A DNA stretch of 56,304 nucleotides from Sphingomonadaceae bacterium (GTDB lineage: Bacteria > Pseudomonadota > Gammaproteobacteria > Burkholderiales > SG8-39): the NCBI GenBank assembly GCA_050257375.1, contig JBLMWT010000264.1:1-56304 (forward strand), given 5' to 3'. Positions 8,639 to 19,138 of this stretch are shown here, in pieces. Within the stretch, counting starts at the first letter, position 1; every line of letters starts with the position of its first letter. Under the pieces are notes generated by a model. The model worked only from the letters and a program-made list of their open reading frames with translations. It searched no databases and was not told the origin of the DNA. Both the position numbers and the translations under genes were made by a program.

Positions 8639-10468
8639 TCAGTGCGTGGATGCCAGCACCGTCTGGCCTCGCGGGATACGCACCTCGTCGACCATGGCCT
8701 GTGTCTCCGCGTCCGGCGCCTTGGTGAGCAGGCTGACCACGACCATCGCCACAAAGCTCGCGGCCACGCCCACGATCCCGAAGCGCAGGTCGTCGAGTCC
8801 GATCCACGGAGCCATCGACTTCGTGTACACCATGTACAGGTACCACGAGCCGACACCGAGGCCCGCGACCATGCCAGCGATTGCCCCAGGCGTGTTGGCG
8901 CGCTTCCACCAGACGCCGAGCACCAGCGGGAAGAAGAGCCCTGACATTGCGAAGTTGAACGCCCAGGCTACCGCGCCAAGAATACCCGTGAGCTTCATGC
9001 TCGCCACCGCCGAGCCTGCCGCGCCGATGAACACCAGGAGGACGCGCGCGACGATCAGCCTGCGCGCCGTTTCCGCCTTCGGGTCGATCATCTTGTAGTA
9101 CAGGTCGTGCGACAGCGCATTGGCGATCGCCAGCAGCAGGCCGTCAGCCGTCGACATCGCCGCCGCCAGGCCTCCCGCTGCGACCAGGCCGGAAATCACC
9201 GCGGGCAAGCCAGCGATCTCGGGAGTCGCCAGCACCACGATGTCCGGGCGCATGAAGAACTCGTTGATTTGCAGGATGCCGTCGTGGTTGCTATCGATGA
9301 CCTTCAACATGCCGACGTGGCTCCACTTCTGCACCCAGTCGAGCGAGTTCACGTGCGCGATCGACTTGCCGATGATGCTCGTCGCCAAATTCGGATCGAG
9401 CACCTGCAGCTTGCACAGCGTCGCGAGCGCCGGCGCGGTGAAATACAGCAGGAAGATGAAGAGCAGCGACCAGGCCACCGACTTGCGCGCCGCACTCACC
9501 GACGGCGTCGTGAAGTAGCGCATCAGGATGTGCGGCAGCGAAGCCGTCCCCATCATCATGCACGCTACGAGCGTCACGAACTTCCATGACGCGAGCGCCG
9601 TATCGGCCGCCACCGCGTGCTTGATGGTCAGCGCCGCAAGCCCGGGTACCGCTTGCTCGGGCTTCAGGATACCCACCTTCTGCAGCGTCTCGAGCTCGCC
9701 CAGCCTTGCCACTGCCGCTCCGTACTCGAACTGCGGGAAGGCACCGAAGCCCTGCTTGGACGACATCCAGAACACGGGTACCAGGTAAGCGACGATCAGC
9801 ACGATGTACTGCGCCACCTGAGTCCAGGTCACCGCGCGCATGCCGCCGAGCATCGCGCACAGCAGGATCGCGATGAGCGCGAACCATACTCCGACCCCGT
9901 ACGGAATCTGGAAAACCTTCGCGGCGATGGTCCCGGTCGCGTCGATCTGCGCCGTCACGTAGGTGAACGACGCGACCACCAGGACGACCACGGCGCAAAG
10001 CCGCGCCAGGTTCCCGCCGTAGCGCGTGCCGATGAAGTCCGGCACCGTGTAGCAGCCGAACTTTCGCAGGTACGGCGCCATCAATACCGCGACGAGCACG
10101 TAGCCGCCGGTCCAGCCTACGACGAACGCGAGGTACGGGTACCCCGCCATGTAGATCCCGCCCGCCATCGCGACGAACGACGCCCCCGACATCCAGTCCG
10201 CCGCGGTCGCCATGCCATTGAATACCGGCGGCACCTGTCGACCGGCGACGTAGTACGCGTCCACCTGCATGGTGCGTGACATGTAGCCAATCAAGGCATA
10301 GATGACGACGGTGAATCCGACGAATCCGATGCCGATCGCGTCCTCGCTCATACCCAGCTTCTCGCCCAGCGCCATGAGGCCGATGAAGACGACGAAGCCG
10401 CCGGTGTACAGGCCGTAGATCTTCGGCAGGTTGTCGACGAACGAACCCTTCATGTTGAAGAAAGCCAT
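8639..10468 (-). CDS. ActP-like sodium:solute symporter (VC_2705-type, probable acetate/monocarboxylate permease)
   Basis: YYVAGR, NGMATAADWMSGASF, PYLRKFGCYTVPDFIGTRYG, GTASLPHILMRYFT, AAAMSTADGLLL; paired with DUF4212 and near acs. Confidence 0.9.
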   Translation of the reverse strand: MAFFNMKGSFVDNLPKIYGLYTGGFVVFIGLMALGEKLGMSEDAIGIGFVGFTVVIYALIGYMSRTMQVDAYYVAGRQVPPVFNGMATAADWMSGASFVAMAGGIYMAGYPYLAFVVGWTGGYVLVAVLMAPYLRKFGCYTVPDFIGTRYGGNLARLCAVVVLVVASFTYVTAQIDATGTIAAKVFQIPYGVGVWFALIAILLCAMLGGMRAVTWTQVAQYIVLIVAYLVPVFWMSSKQGFGAFPQFEYGAAVARLGELETLQKVGILKPEQAVPGLAALTIKHAVAADTALASWKFVTLVACMMMGTASLPHILMRYFTTPSVSAARKSVAWSLLFIFLLYFTAPALATLCKLQVLDPNLATSIIGKSIAHVNSLDWVQKWSHVGMLKVIDSNHDGILQINEFFMRPDIVVLATPEIAGLPAVISGLVAAGGLAAAMSTADGLLLAIANALSHDLYYKMIDPKAETARRLIVARVLLVFIGAAGSAVASMKLTGILGAVAWAFNFAMSGLFFPLVLGVWWKRANTPGAIAGMVAGLGVGSWYLYMVYTKSMAPWIGLDDLRFGIVGVAASFVAMVVVSLLTKAPDAETQAMVDEVRIPRGQTVLASTH

Positions 10469-10490
10469 TGCAGTCTCCCCCTATGCCCTA

Positions 10491-10748
10491 TCAGTCTTCG
10501 GCCATGCCGCATTCACGATCGATCGTCTCCTGCTGTTTCGCGAACACGAACAGCTGGACGACGAACACGATCAGCGACCCCTGCGCGGCCATGTAGAAGC
10601 CGAGCGGAAAGCCGATGAAAGAGAACTTATTGAGCTGCGGCGCGAACCAGTGAACGACGAACGAAAAGATGAACCAGATGACGAGGTGAACGATCATCAG
10701 GCCCTTGGTACGCTGCCAATGGACTTCCTTCTGGGACTCGGTTGCCAT
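10491..10748 (-). CDS. DUF4212 solute:sodium symporter small subunit
   Basis: GFPLGFYMAAQGSLIVFV motif; two TM helices; strong SD GAGGAGGAGG. Confidence 0.9.
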   Translation of the reverse strand: MATESQKEVHWQRTKGLMIVHLVIWFIFSFVVHWFAPQLNKFSFIGFPLGFYMAAQGSLIVFVVQLFVFAKQQETIDRECGMAED

Positions 10749-10935
10749 CGCCTATCCTCCTCCTCTCAGCCTCATTTATTGATGGATAGTGCTGTGCTAT
10801 CCGTGACCGGGCGCGTGGCGAGGCCGCCTGCACCGCCTCCCTCCGAACCGGCCGCAGACCGAGCGCATTGTATCCGAATTCAGGAAAATGCAAAGTTTGT
10901 AAACTCCGCCTCAGATCAAGGAATTAGGAATCAGG

Positions 10936-11590
10936 ATGAGGCCGCTCAGGCGTCTGCGGTTTGCTCTCGGTGCACTCTGGAGTGCGCTGTCGGATTACTT
11001 CGGCGTCAGCAGGCGCACCCGCGTACGGCAGATCGCCGACAGGGATGAACTGGTCAAGTTTCTCCAGTCACGCTCTAGCTATGTCGCGCAGACTTCGCTG
11101 TACGGCTACTTGCGTACGCGCGCTGGTATGCGGTATCCGGAGCTGTTCGCCGATGACGCCTTCGTCAAGTCCGTCAACTTGGCGAAGTGGCACATCTGGG
11201 TCGCCTGTCTCGGCGACCTCGCGGTGTACGCCGGGGGACTGGTGGCGCGCCGTTCTGGCGCGCGGCCCGCTCGAGTCACTGCGTTGATGCAGGAGGCCGT
11301 CGAGACGATCCTCTCGGCGACGGGAGAGCCGGACGACGCGGGGCCGGAGTTCGCCTCCCACGTGCAGCGCCTGCGCGCGCGCCTCGCGCTATGCGACTGG
11401 GCTGCCGTAGGCGACGACGACGGCGCGTTCGCCGAGAGTCCGGGAGCGCTCGTGCGATGGGCGCCGATCGTCGATCACCTGAAGGAGCTGGACGAGCCGA
11501 TCGTCCGCAACTCGGTGCGCTTTCGCTGGCAGGCGGTGCGGCGCGATCTGCGCGCGGCATTACGCGCCGACGCGCTCGTCGCTTCCGCGC

Positions 11591-11607
<17 letters not shown>
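10936..11607 (+). CDS. conserved-looking hypothetical protein (223 aa)
   Basis: ATG start with AGGA upstream; globular composition ([44 protein letters not shown]); fills the gap between DUF4212 and acs. Confidence 0.7.
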
Positions 11608-13558
<1,951 letters not shown>

Positions 13559-13619
13559 CGCTATCCTCCTCCGGTGAATTCCATCGTATGCTACATTTTA
13601 AAGGCTTTCCGGAACCGCC

Positions 13620-15143
13620 ATGAACGCCATCAAGCAGGCAGACCTGGTGCAGAGCGTCGCCGACGCCCTGCAGTTCATCTCCTACTACCATCCCGCCGAC
13701 TACATTCGTGCACTGGCACGCGCGTACGACCGCGAGCAATCTCCGGCCGCCAAGGACGCGATCGCCCAGATCCTCACGAACTCGCGCATGTGCGCTGAAG
13801 GGCATCGGCCCATTTGTCAGGACACCGGCATCGTCAACGTCTTCATGAAGGTCGGCATGGACCTGCGCTGGGACGCCGAAATGTCGGTCGAGGACATGGT
13901 GAACGAAGGCGTGCGCCGCGCCTACCTCGACCCGGACAACAAACTTCGGGCGTCGGTGCTGGCGGATCCGGCGTTCGGTCGCCGCAATACGCGCGACAAC
14001 ACGCCTGCCGTCATTCACATGCAGGTCATACCGGGCGCGAAATTGGAAGTCGACGTCGCCGCCAAGGGCGGAGGCTCCGAGGCGAAGTCGAAGTTCGTCA
14101 TGCTCAACCCCTCGGACTCGATCGTCGAATGGGTGCTTAAGACCGTTCCGACGATGGGGGCGGGCTGGTGCCCGCCAGGGATGCTCGGCATCGGCATCGG
14201 AGGCACTGCCGAGAAAGCGATGCTGATGGCCAAGGAGTCGCTCATGGCGCCGATCGACATGGCCGAGCTCAAGGCACGCGGTCCCAAGACGAAAATCGAA
14301 GAGTTGCGCATCGAGCTGTACGACAAGGTGAACGCGCTCGGCATCGGCGCGCAGGGACTCGGTGGCCTCTCCACGGTGCTCGACGTCAAGATCCTCACCT
14401 ACCCGACGCACGCCGCCAATCAGCCCGTCGCGATGATTCCGAACTGCGCAGCGACGCGGCATGCGCATTTCGTGCTCGACGGGTCCGGTCCCGCGCACTT
14501 CGAGCGACCTGCGCTGTCGGACTGGCCTGCGGTGACCTGGAAGCCGGATGCGGCCGCACGCAGGGTTGATCTCGATTTCCTCACGCGCGAAGACGTTGCA
14601 TCCTGGAAGCCCGGCGAGCGGCTGCTTCTTTCCGGCAAGCTGCTAACCGGCCGCGATGCTGCCCACAAGCGCATCCAGGAGATGCTGGAGCGCGGCGAGC
14701 GGCTGCCGGTCGACTTCACCAACCGGGTCATCTACTACGTCGGCCCGGTCGATCCGGTGCGCGACGAGGTGGTCGGTCCCGCAGGCCCCACGACCTCCAC
14801 GCGCATGGACAAGTTCACCGAGACGATGCTCGCGCGCACGGGCCTCGTCGCGATGGTCGGCAAGGCCGAGCGCGGGCCCGCGGCGATCGAGGCGATCCGC
14901 CGGCACAAGGCCGCGTACCTGATGGCGGTCGGCGGCGCCGCGTACCTCGTGTCCAAAGCGATCCGCAAAGCGCGCGTGCTCGCGTTCGAGGACCTCGGCA
15001 TGGAGGCGATCTACGAGTTCGAGGTGCGCGACATGCCGGTCACGGTGGCCGTGGATGCGCGCGGGGCGGCCGTCCACCAGAGCGGGCCGGCGGAGTGGGA
15101 GAAGCGCATCCGGGAGTTCAAGCTCCCCGTCACGGCGGCCTGA
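13620..15143 (+). CDS. class I (Fe-S) fumarate hydratase
   Basis: RPICQDTG, AAKGGGSE, GAGWCPPG, PNCAATRH, GPAGPTTSTRMD. Confidence 0.93.
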   Translation: MNAIKQADLVQSVADALQFISYYHPADYIRALARAYDREQSPAAKDAIAQILTNSRMCAEGHRPICQDTGIVNVFMKVGMDLRWDAEMSVEDMVNEGVRRAYLDPDNKLRASVLADPAFGRRNTRDNTPAVIHMQVIPGAKLEVDVAAKGGGSEAKSKFVMLNPSDSIVEWVLKTVPTMGAGWCPPGMLGIGIGGTAEKAMLMAKESLMAPIDMAELKARGPKTKIEELRIELYDKVNALGIGAQGLGGLSTVLDVKILTYPTHAANQPVAMIPNCAATRHAHFVLDGSGPAHFERPALSDWPAVTWKPDAAARRVDLDFLTREDVASWKPGERLLLSGKLLTGRDAAHKRIQEMLERGERLPVDFTNRVIYYVGPVDPVRDEVVGPAGPTTSTRMDKFTETMLARTGLVAMVGKAERGPAAIEAIRRHKAAYLMAVGGAAYLVSKAIRKARVLAFEDLGMEAIYEFEVRDMPVTVAVDARGAAVHQSGPAEWEKRIREFKLPVTAA

Positions 15144-15152
15144 GCGCGCCGC

Positions 15153-16340
15153 TTGGAAGAATCGACGGCGACGCGCTGGCCGGCAGTCTGGGCCGTGTTC
15201 GCCGGCGGCCTCGTCGCCGGCGCCTACATCACGAAGGTGCCGCCCGCGCTTCCCATTCTGCGCGACGACCTGAACCTGAGCCTGGTCCAGTCCGGGTTCA
15301 TAGCCACCATGCTGAACGTGATGGGCGGGCTCGCTGGCATGTTCGCAGGCGTGCTCGCCGACCGCTTCGGGCCCAAGCGCCTGGCGCTCGCGGGCCTTGC
15401 GGTGATGTCTGGAGGCGGACTGTTCGGGGCGGCGTCCTGGAGCTTTGCCTCGCTGCTCGCGGCGCGCTTCCTGGAAGGCGCCGGCTTCATCCTGTTTACC
15501 GTGGCGGGCGCCGCCCTCATGGCGCGCGCGGCGCCTTCGCCGCGCGCGCGCGCCAAGGCGCTTGGCTTGTGGAGCGCGTACATGCCCTCGGGCGGCAGCA
15601 TCGCATTGCTCGCCGCCCCGCTCGCGATCGGGGCTTTCGGGTGGCGGGGGCTCTGGGTGGTGCTGGCGCTCGCCGCCGCGCTCGCCTTTGCTCTCGTCGC
15701 ACGCTATGCGGTGGCCCCGCCGCACGGCTCGGTGGCTTCGCTCAGGCTCGTCAGGGAATCGCTCGCGCAGCGCGGCAGCATCGCGCTTGCGCTCATCTTC
15801 GCGTTCTACGTTGCACAGTGGACCTCGGTCATGATCTGGCTGCCTACCTTCGTGGTCGAGCAGCGCGGCGGCTCGACGGCGACCGCCGCGCTGCTCACCG
15901 CGCTGATGGTGCTGATCAACGTGCCCGGCAACCTCGCCGGGGGCTGGTTGGTGGCCCATGGCGTACGGCGCGGCCCGCTCACGGTCGCAGCCTTCGCCGT
16001 CATGGGCATGTGCTCGACCGGCATGCTGCTCGATGTCCTGCCGGACACCGCGCGCTTCGCCCTGGTGCTGGTGTTCTCGAGTTGTGCCGGGGTCATTCCC
16101 GCCGCAGTGTTTTCCGGTGTTCCCGTGCACGCCCGCACGCCTCAGCACATTGCCACCACCAACGGAATGGCGATGCAAAGCTCGCAGGCCGGCCAGTTCT
16201 TCGGGCCGATCGTGCTCGCGTGGCTTGCCTCGCGCTATGGCGGCTGGGCGGCGTCCCTCTCCGCGATGCTCGCCTTTGCCGCCTGCGGCGCAGCCTGCGG
16301 TTTCGCCATCGCCGCGATCGAACGGCGCCGCGGGCGCTAG
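15153..16340 (+). CDS. MFS transporter
   Basis: About 12 TM segments; motif A GVLADRFGPKR; TTG start, 9 bp after the fumarase stop. Confidence 0.85.
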   Translation: MEESTATRWPAVWAVFAGGLVAGAYITKVPPALPILRDDLNLSLVQSGFIATMLNVMGGLAGMFAGVLADRFGPKRLALAGLAVMSGGGLFGAASWSFASLLAARFLEGAGFILFTVAGAALMARAAPSPRARAKALGLWSAYMPSGGSIALLAAPLAIGAFGWRGLWVVLALAAALAFALVARYAVAPPHGSVASLRLVRESLAQRGSIALALIFAFYVAQWTSVMIWLPTFVVEQRGGSTATAALLTALMVLINVPGNLAGGWLVAHGVRRGPLTVAAFAVMGMCSTGMLLDVLPDTARFALVLVFSSCAGVIPAAVFSGVPVHARTPQHIATTNGMAMQSSQAGQFFGPIVLAWLASRYGGWAASLSAMLAFAACGAACGFAIAAIERRRGR

Positions 16341-16366
16341 AATCCGACTTCCCGACGGAGGCCCAC

Positions 16367-17275
16367 ATGCCAGACATCCACATCTGCGAGGTCGGCCCGC
16401 GCGACGGGCTGCAGAACGCCCACCACCTCATGCCGACCGAGGCGAAGAAGCGATGGATCAGCGCCTTGGCAGCGGCCGGACTGCGGGAAATCGAGGTCGG
16501 ATCGTTCGTGCCGCCGAAGCTCATCCCCGCGATGGCCGACACGGGCGAGGTCGTCAAGCATGCGCGCGGCATTCCGGGGTTGCGCGTGGTGGCGCTCGCG
16601 CCGAACGTCAAAGGCTTCGAGCGCGCCGTGCAGGCGGGCGCGCACAAGATCACCTTTCCAGTCTCCGCCAGCCGCGCGCACAGCCTCGCCAACGTGCGCA
16701 TGACCCCCGAGCAGATGGTCGACGAGGTTCGCAAGTGCCATGCGCTGCGTGGCCGAGATGGCCCCGAGATCGAGGGCGCCGTGTCGACGGCGTTCGGCTG
16801 CACGATGCAGGGCGAGGTCCCCGAGGACGACGTGCTGCGCATCGCCGCGGCGCTCGCCGAGTTCTGCGATTGCGTGGCGCTCGCCGATACCGTCGGCTAC
16901 GCCAATCCGGCCCAGGTGCGGCGCGTGTTCGCCCGGGTGAGGAAGGAAATCGGCGACAAGCTCGAAGGCGCGCACTTCCACAACACACGCGGCCTGGGCC
17001 TCGCGAATGCGCTCGCTGCTTACGAGGAAGGCGTGCGGAATTTCGACTCTTCGATGGGCGGCCTGGGCGGCTGCCCTTTCGCGCCGGGCGCAAGCGGCAA
17101 CGTGATCACCGAAGACCTGGTGTTCATGTTCGAGAGCATGGGCCTGTCCACGGGGATCGATTTCGCTCGCCTGATGGCTGCGCGCGAGGTGTTGGTGGGC
17201 GGTTTGCCCGACGAGCCCGTCTACGGCCACACGCCGCAGGCCGGATTGCCCAAGAACTTCAAGCGCGCCGCATGA
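16367..17275 (+). CDS. HMG-CoA lyase-family (DRE-TIM) protein
   Basis: Start reassigned to MPDIHICEVGPRDGLQN (SD GGAGG); HFHNTRGLGLAN; GGLGGCPFAPGASGN. Confidence 0.9.
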   Translation: MPDIHICEVGPRDGLQNAHHLMPTEAKKRWISALAAAGLREIEVGSFVPPKLIPAMADTGEVVKHARGIPGLRVVALAPNVKGFERAVQAGAHKITFPVSASRAHSLANVRMTPEQMVDEVRKCHALRGRDGPEIEGAVSTAFGCTMQGEVPEDDVLRIAAALAEFCDCVALADTVGYANPAQVRRVFARVRKEIGDKLEGAHFHNTRGLGLANALAAYEEGVRNFDSSMGGLGGCPFAPGASGNVITEDLVFMFESMGLSTGIDFARLMAAREVLVGGLPDEPVYGHTPQAGLPKNFKRAA

Positions 17276-18459
17276 AGCGGCTCCCGCTCGACGGCCTTCG
17301 GGTCGTCGAGTTCGCGCACATGGTCATGGGGCCGAGTTGCGGTCTGGTGCTCGCAGATCTCGGCGCAGAGGTGATCAAGGTCGAGCCGCTCGAGGGCGAC
17401 AACACGCGCCGCCTGGAGGCTGCCGGGGTGGGCTTCTTCCCGGTCTTCAACCGCAACAAGAAGAGCCTGGCGGTCGATCTGAAGAGCGCAGCCGGCCGTG
17501 AGCTCGTGCTCAGGCTGCTCGACACCGCGGACGTGCTGAGCGAGAACTTCCGCCCAGGCGCGCTGGACAAGCTCGGCTTCGGCTACGAGGCGCTCGCCGC
17601 GCGCAATCCGCGACTCGTGTATTGCTCGCTCAAGGGCTTTCTCGACGGGCCCTATCAGCACCGCGCGGCGCTGGACGAGGTCGTGCAGATGATGGGCGGC
17701 CTCGCGTACATGACGGGGCTACCCGAGCGGCCACTGCGCGCCGGCTCGTCCGTGGTCGACATCCTGGGCGGCACGTTCGGCGCAGTGGCGGTGCTCGCCG
17801 CCTTGCGCGAGCGCGAGACCACCGGCCGCGGCCAGCGTGTGACGAGCGCGCTGTATGAAAGTACCGCGTATCTCGTCGCGCAGCACATGGCGCAGTACGA
17901 GATCACGGGCGAAGCGCCACCGCCGATGTCGGTCAAGCGCCCCGCCTGGGGCGTGTACGACATCTTCGAGACCGGCGACGGCGACCGCCTATTCGTCGGC
18001 GTAGTCACCGACACGCAATGGCAGATCTTCTGTCGAGAGTTTGAGGTGCCCGAGCTGGCCGAGGACGCGCGCCTGCAGTCGAACGGCGCGCGCGTGCGCG
18101 AGCGCGGCTGGCTGCTGCCGCGGCTATCGGAGCTGATGAAGCGCTACACCAGGACCGAGCTGGAGACCAGGCTCGAGCGCATCGGCCTGCCTTACGCGCC
18201 GATCGCCAAGCCTTGGGACCTGCTCGCAGACCCGCACCTGAACGCCTCCGGCGCGCTGCACGAGACGCGCGTCCCGTCGGGCCGGACGATCCACGTCCCC
18301 GGCCTGCCGATCGCGTTCGACGGGGAACACCTGCCCAAGCGCAGCGACCCGCCGCCGCTCGGGCAGGGGGCACGCGCCGTGCTGCAGGCGATCGGCTACG
18401 ACGAAGCGCAGATCGACGCGCTCGCCGCAGCCGGTGTCATCGCCCTGCAGGCTGCTTGA
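17272..18459 (+). CDS. CaiB/BaiF family III CoA-transferase
   Basis: MKRLPLDGLRVVE..GP..LADLGAEVIKVEP; FNRNKKS; ENFRPG. ATGA overlap with the lyase gene. Confidence 0.92.
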   Translation: MKRLPLDGLRVVEFAHMVMGPSCGLVLADLGAEVIKVEPLEGDNTRRLEAAGVGFFPVFNRNKKSLAVDLKSAAGRELVLRLLDTADVLSENFRPGALDKLGFGYEALAARNPRLVYCSLKGFLDGPYQHRAALDEVVQMMGGLAYMTGLPERPLRAGSSVVDILGGTFGAVAVLAALRERETTGRGQRVTSALYESTAYLVAQHMAQYEITGEAPPPMSVKRPAWGVYDIFETGDGDRLFVGVVTDTQWQIFCREFEVPELAEDARLQSNGARVRERGWLLPRLSELMKRYTRTELETRLERIGLPYAPIAKPWDLLADPHLNASGALHETRVPSGRTIHVPGLPIAFDGEHLPKRSDPPPLGQGARAVLQAIGYDEAQIDALAAAGVIALQAA

Positions 18460-18730
18460 ACTCGATCTCCACGAACGAGAACTCGTAGCCGTTCGCATTG
18501 ACGACGTCGTGCTCGACGCCGGCGCTACGAAAGTACGGCACGCCCTTCTGCAGCTCCGCGTAGCGCTCTGCGCCGCCCTCGACCAGCTTCAGCCGTCCGT
18601 CGAGCATCGGCACCACGACATAGTCGTGCTCGTGCCGGTGCCAGCCCGTGGCGGCGCCCGGCGCGAAACGCCACTCGGTGACGCGTGTGCGCTCGTTATC
18701 GATGAAGACGCGCGGACTGGCCTTCTCCAC
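18437..18730 (-). CDS. cupin domain protein (BauB-like)
   Basis: RVTEWRFAPGAATGWHRHEHDYVVVP...GVEHDVVN cupin motifs. Confidence 0.8.
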   Translation of the reverse strand: MEKASPRVFIDNERTRVTEWRFAPGAATGWHRHEHDYVVVPMLDGRLKLVEGGAERYAELQKGVPYFRSAGVEHDVVNANGYEFSFVEIEFKQPAGR

Positions 18731-18733
18731 GCC

Positions 18734-19138
18734 TCAACCCTTCAGCAGCGCGTCGATGCCGGCCTGCACGATCTGCTCGTCCTCGTGCGATTGCACGCCC
18801 GAAGCACCGATGCCGCCGACGCAGGTGCCTTCGAACAGGATCGGCAGGCCACCCTGCACGGGGAGCACCGGCATCTTCATCATCACCAGTCGACCGCCGG
18901 CGACGCGCTCCTCCCACGACTTGCTCGAGCGCCGCGTGGTCGCAGCGGTGCGCGCCTTCTGCACGGCGATCTCGGCGTTCGCCGGCGTCGCGCCGTCCAT
19001 GCGCACCAGGTGCAGCAGGTGCCCGCCGTCGTCGAGAATGGCGATCGCGACGTTCCAGTTGTTGCGGCGCGCCTCGGCTTCCGCCGCGGCGCTCATCTTC
19101 TTGCAGTCTTCCAGGGTCAATTCGGGGCGGGTCTTCAT
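18734..19138 (-). CDS. GlcG/HbpS-family heme-binding protein
   Basis: Start reassigned to MKTRPELT; IAILDDGGHL..RMDGA..AVQKARTA; GGLPI..VGGIGASG..DEQI. ATGA overlap with prpE. Confidence 0.88.
   Translation of the reverse strand: MKTRPELTLEDCKKMSAAAEAEARRNNWNVAIAILDDGGHLLHLVRMDGATPANAEIAVQKARTAATTRRSSKSWEERVAGGRLVMMKMPVLPVQGGLPILFEGTCVGGIGASGVQSHEDEQIVQAGIDALLKG

Noticed and set aside
18437-18730. Cupin as a DMSP lyase, given the neighbouring acuI and prpE
   Set aside because: The sequence looks like the short BauB-type cupins. I cannot support a DddW/DddQ/DddK assignment without a profile search.
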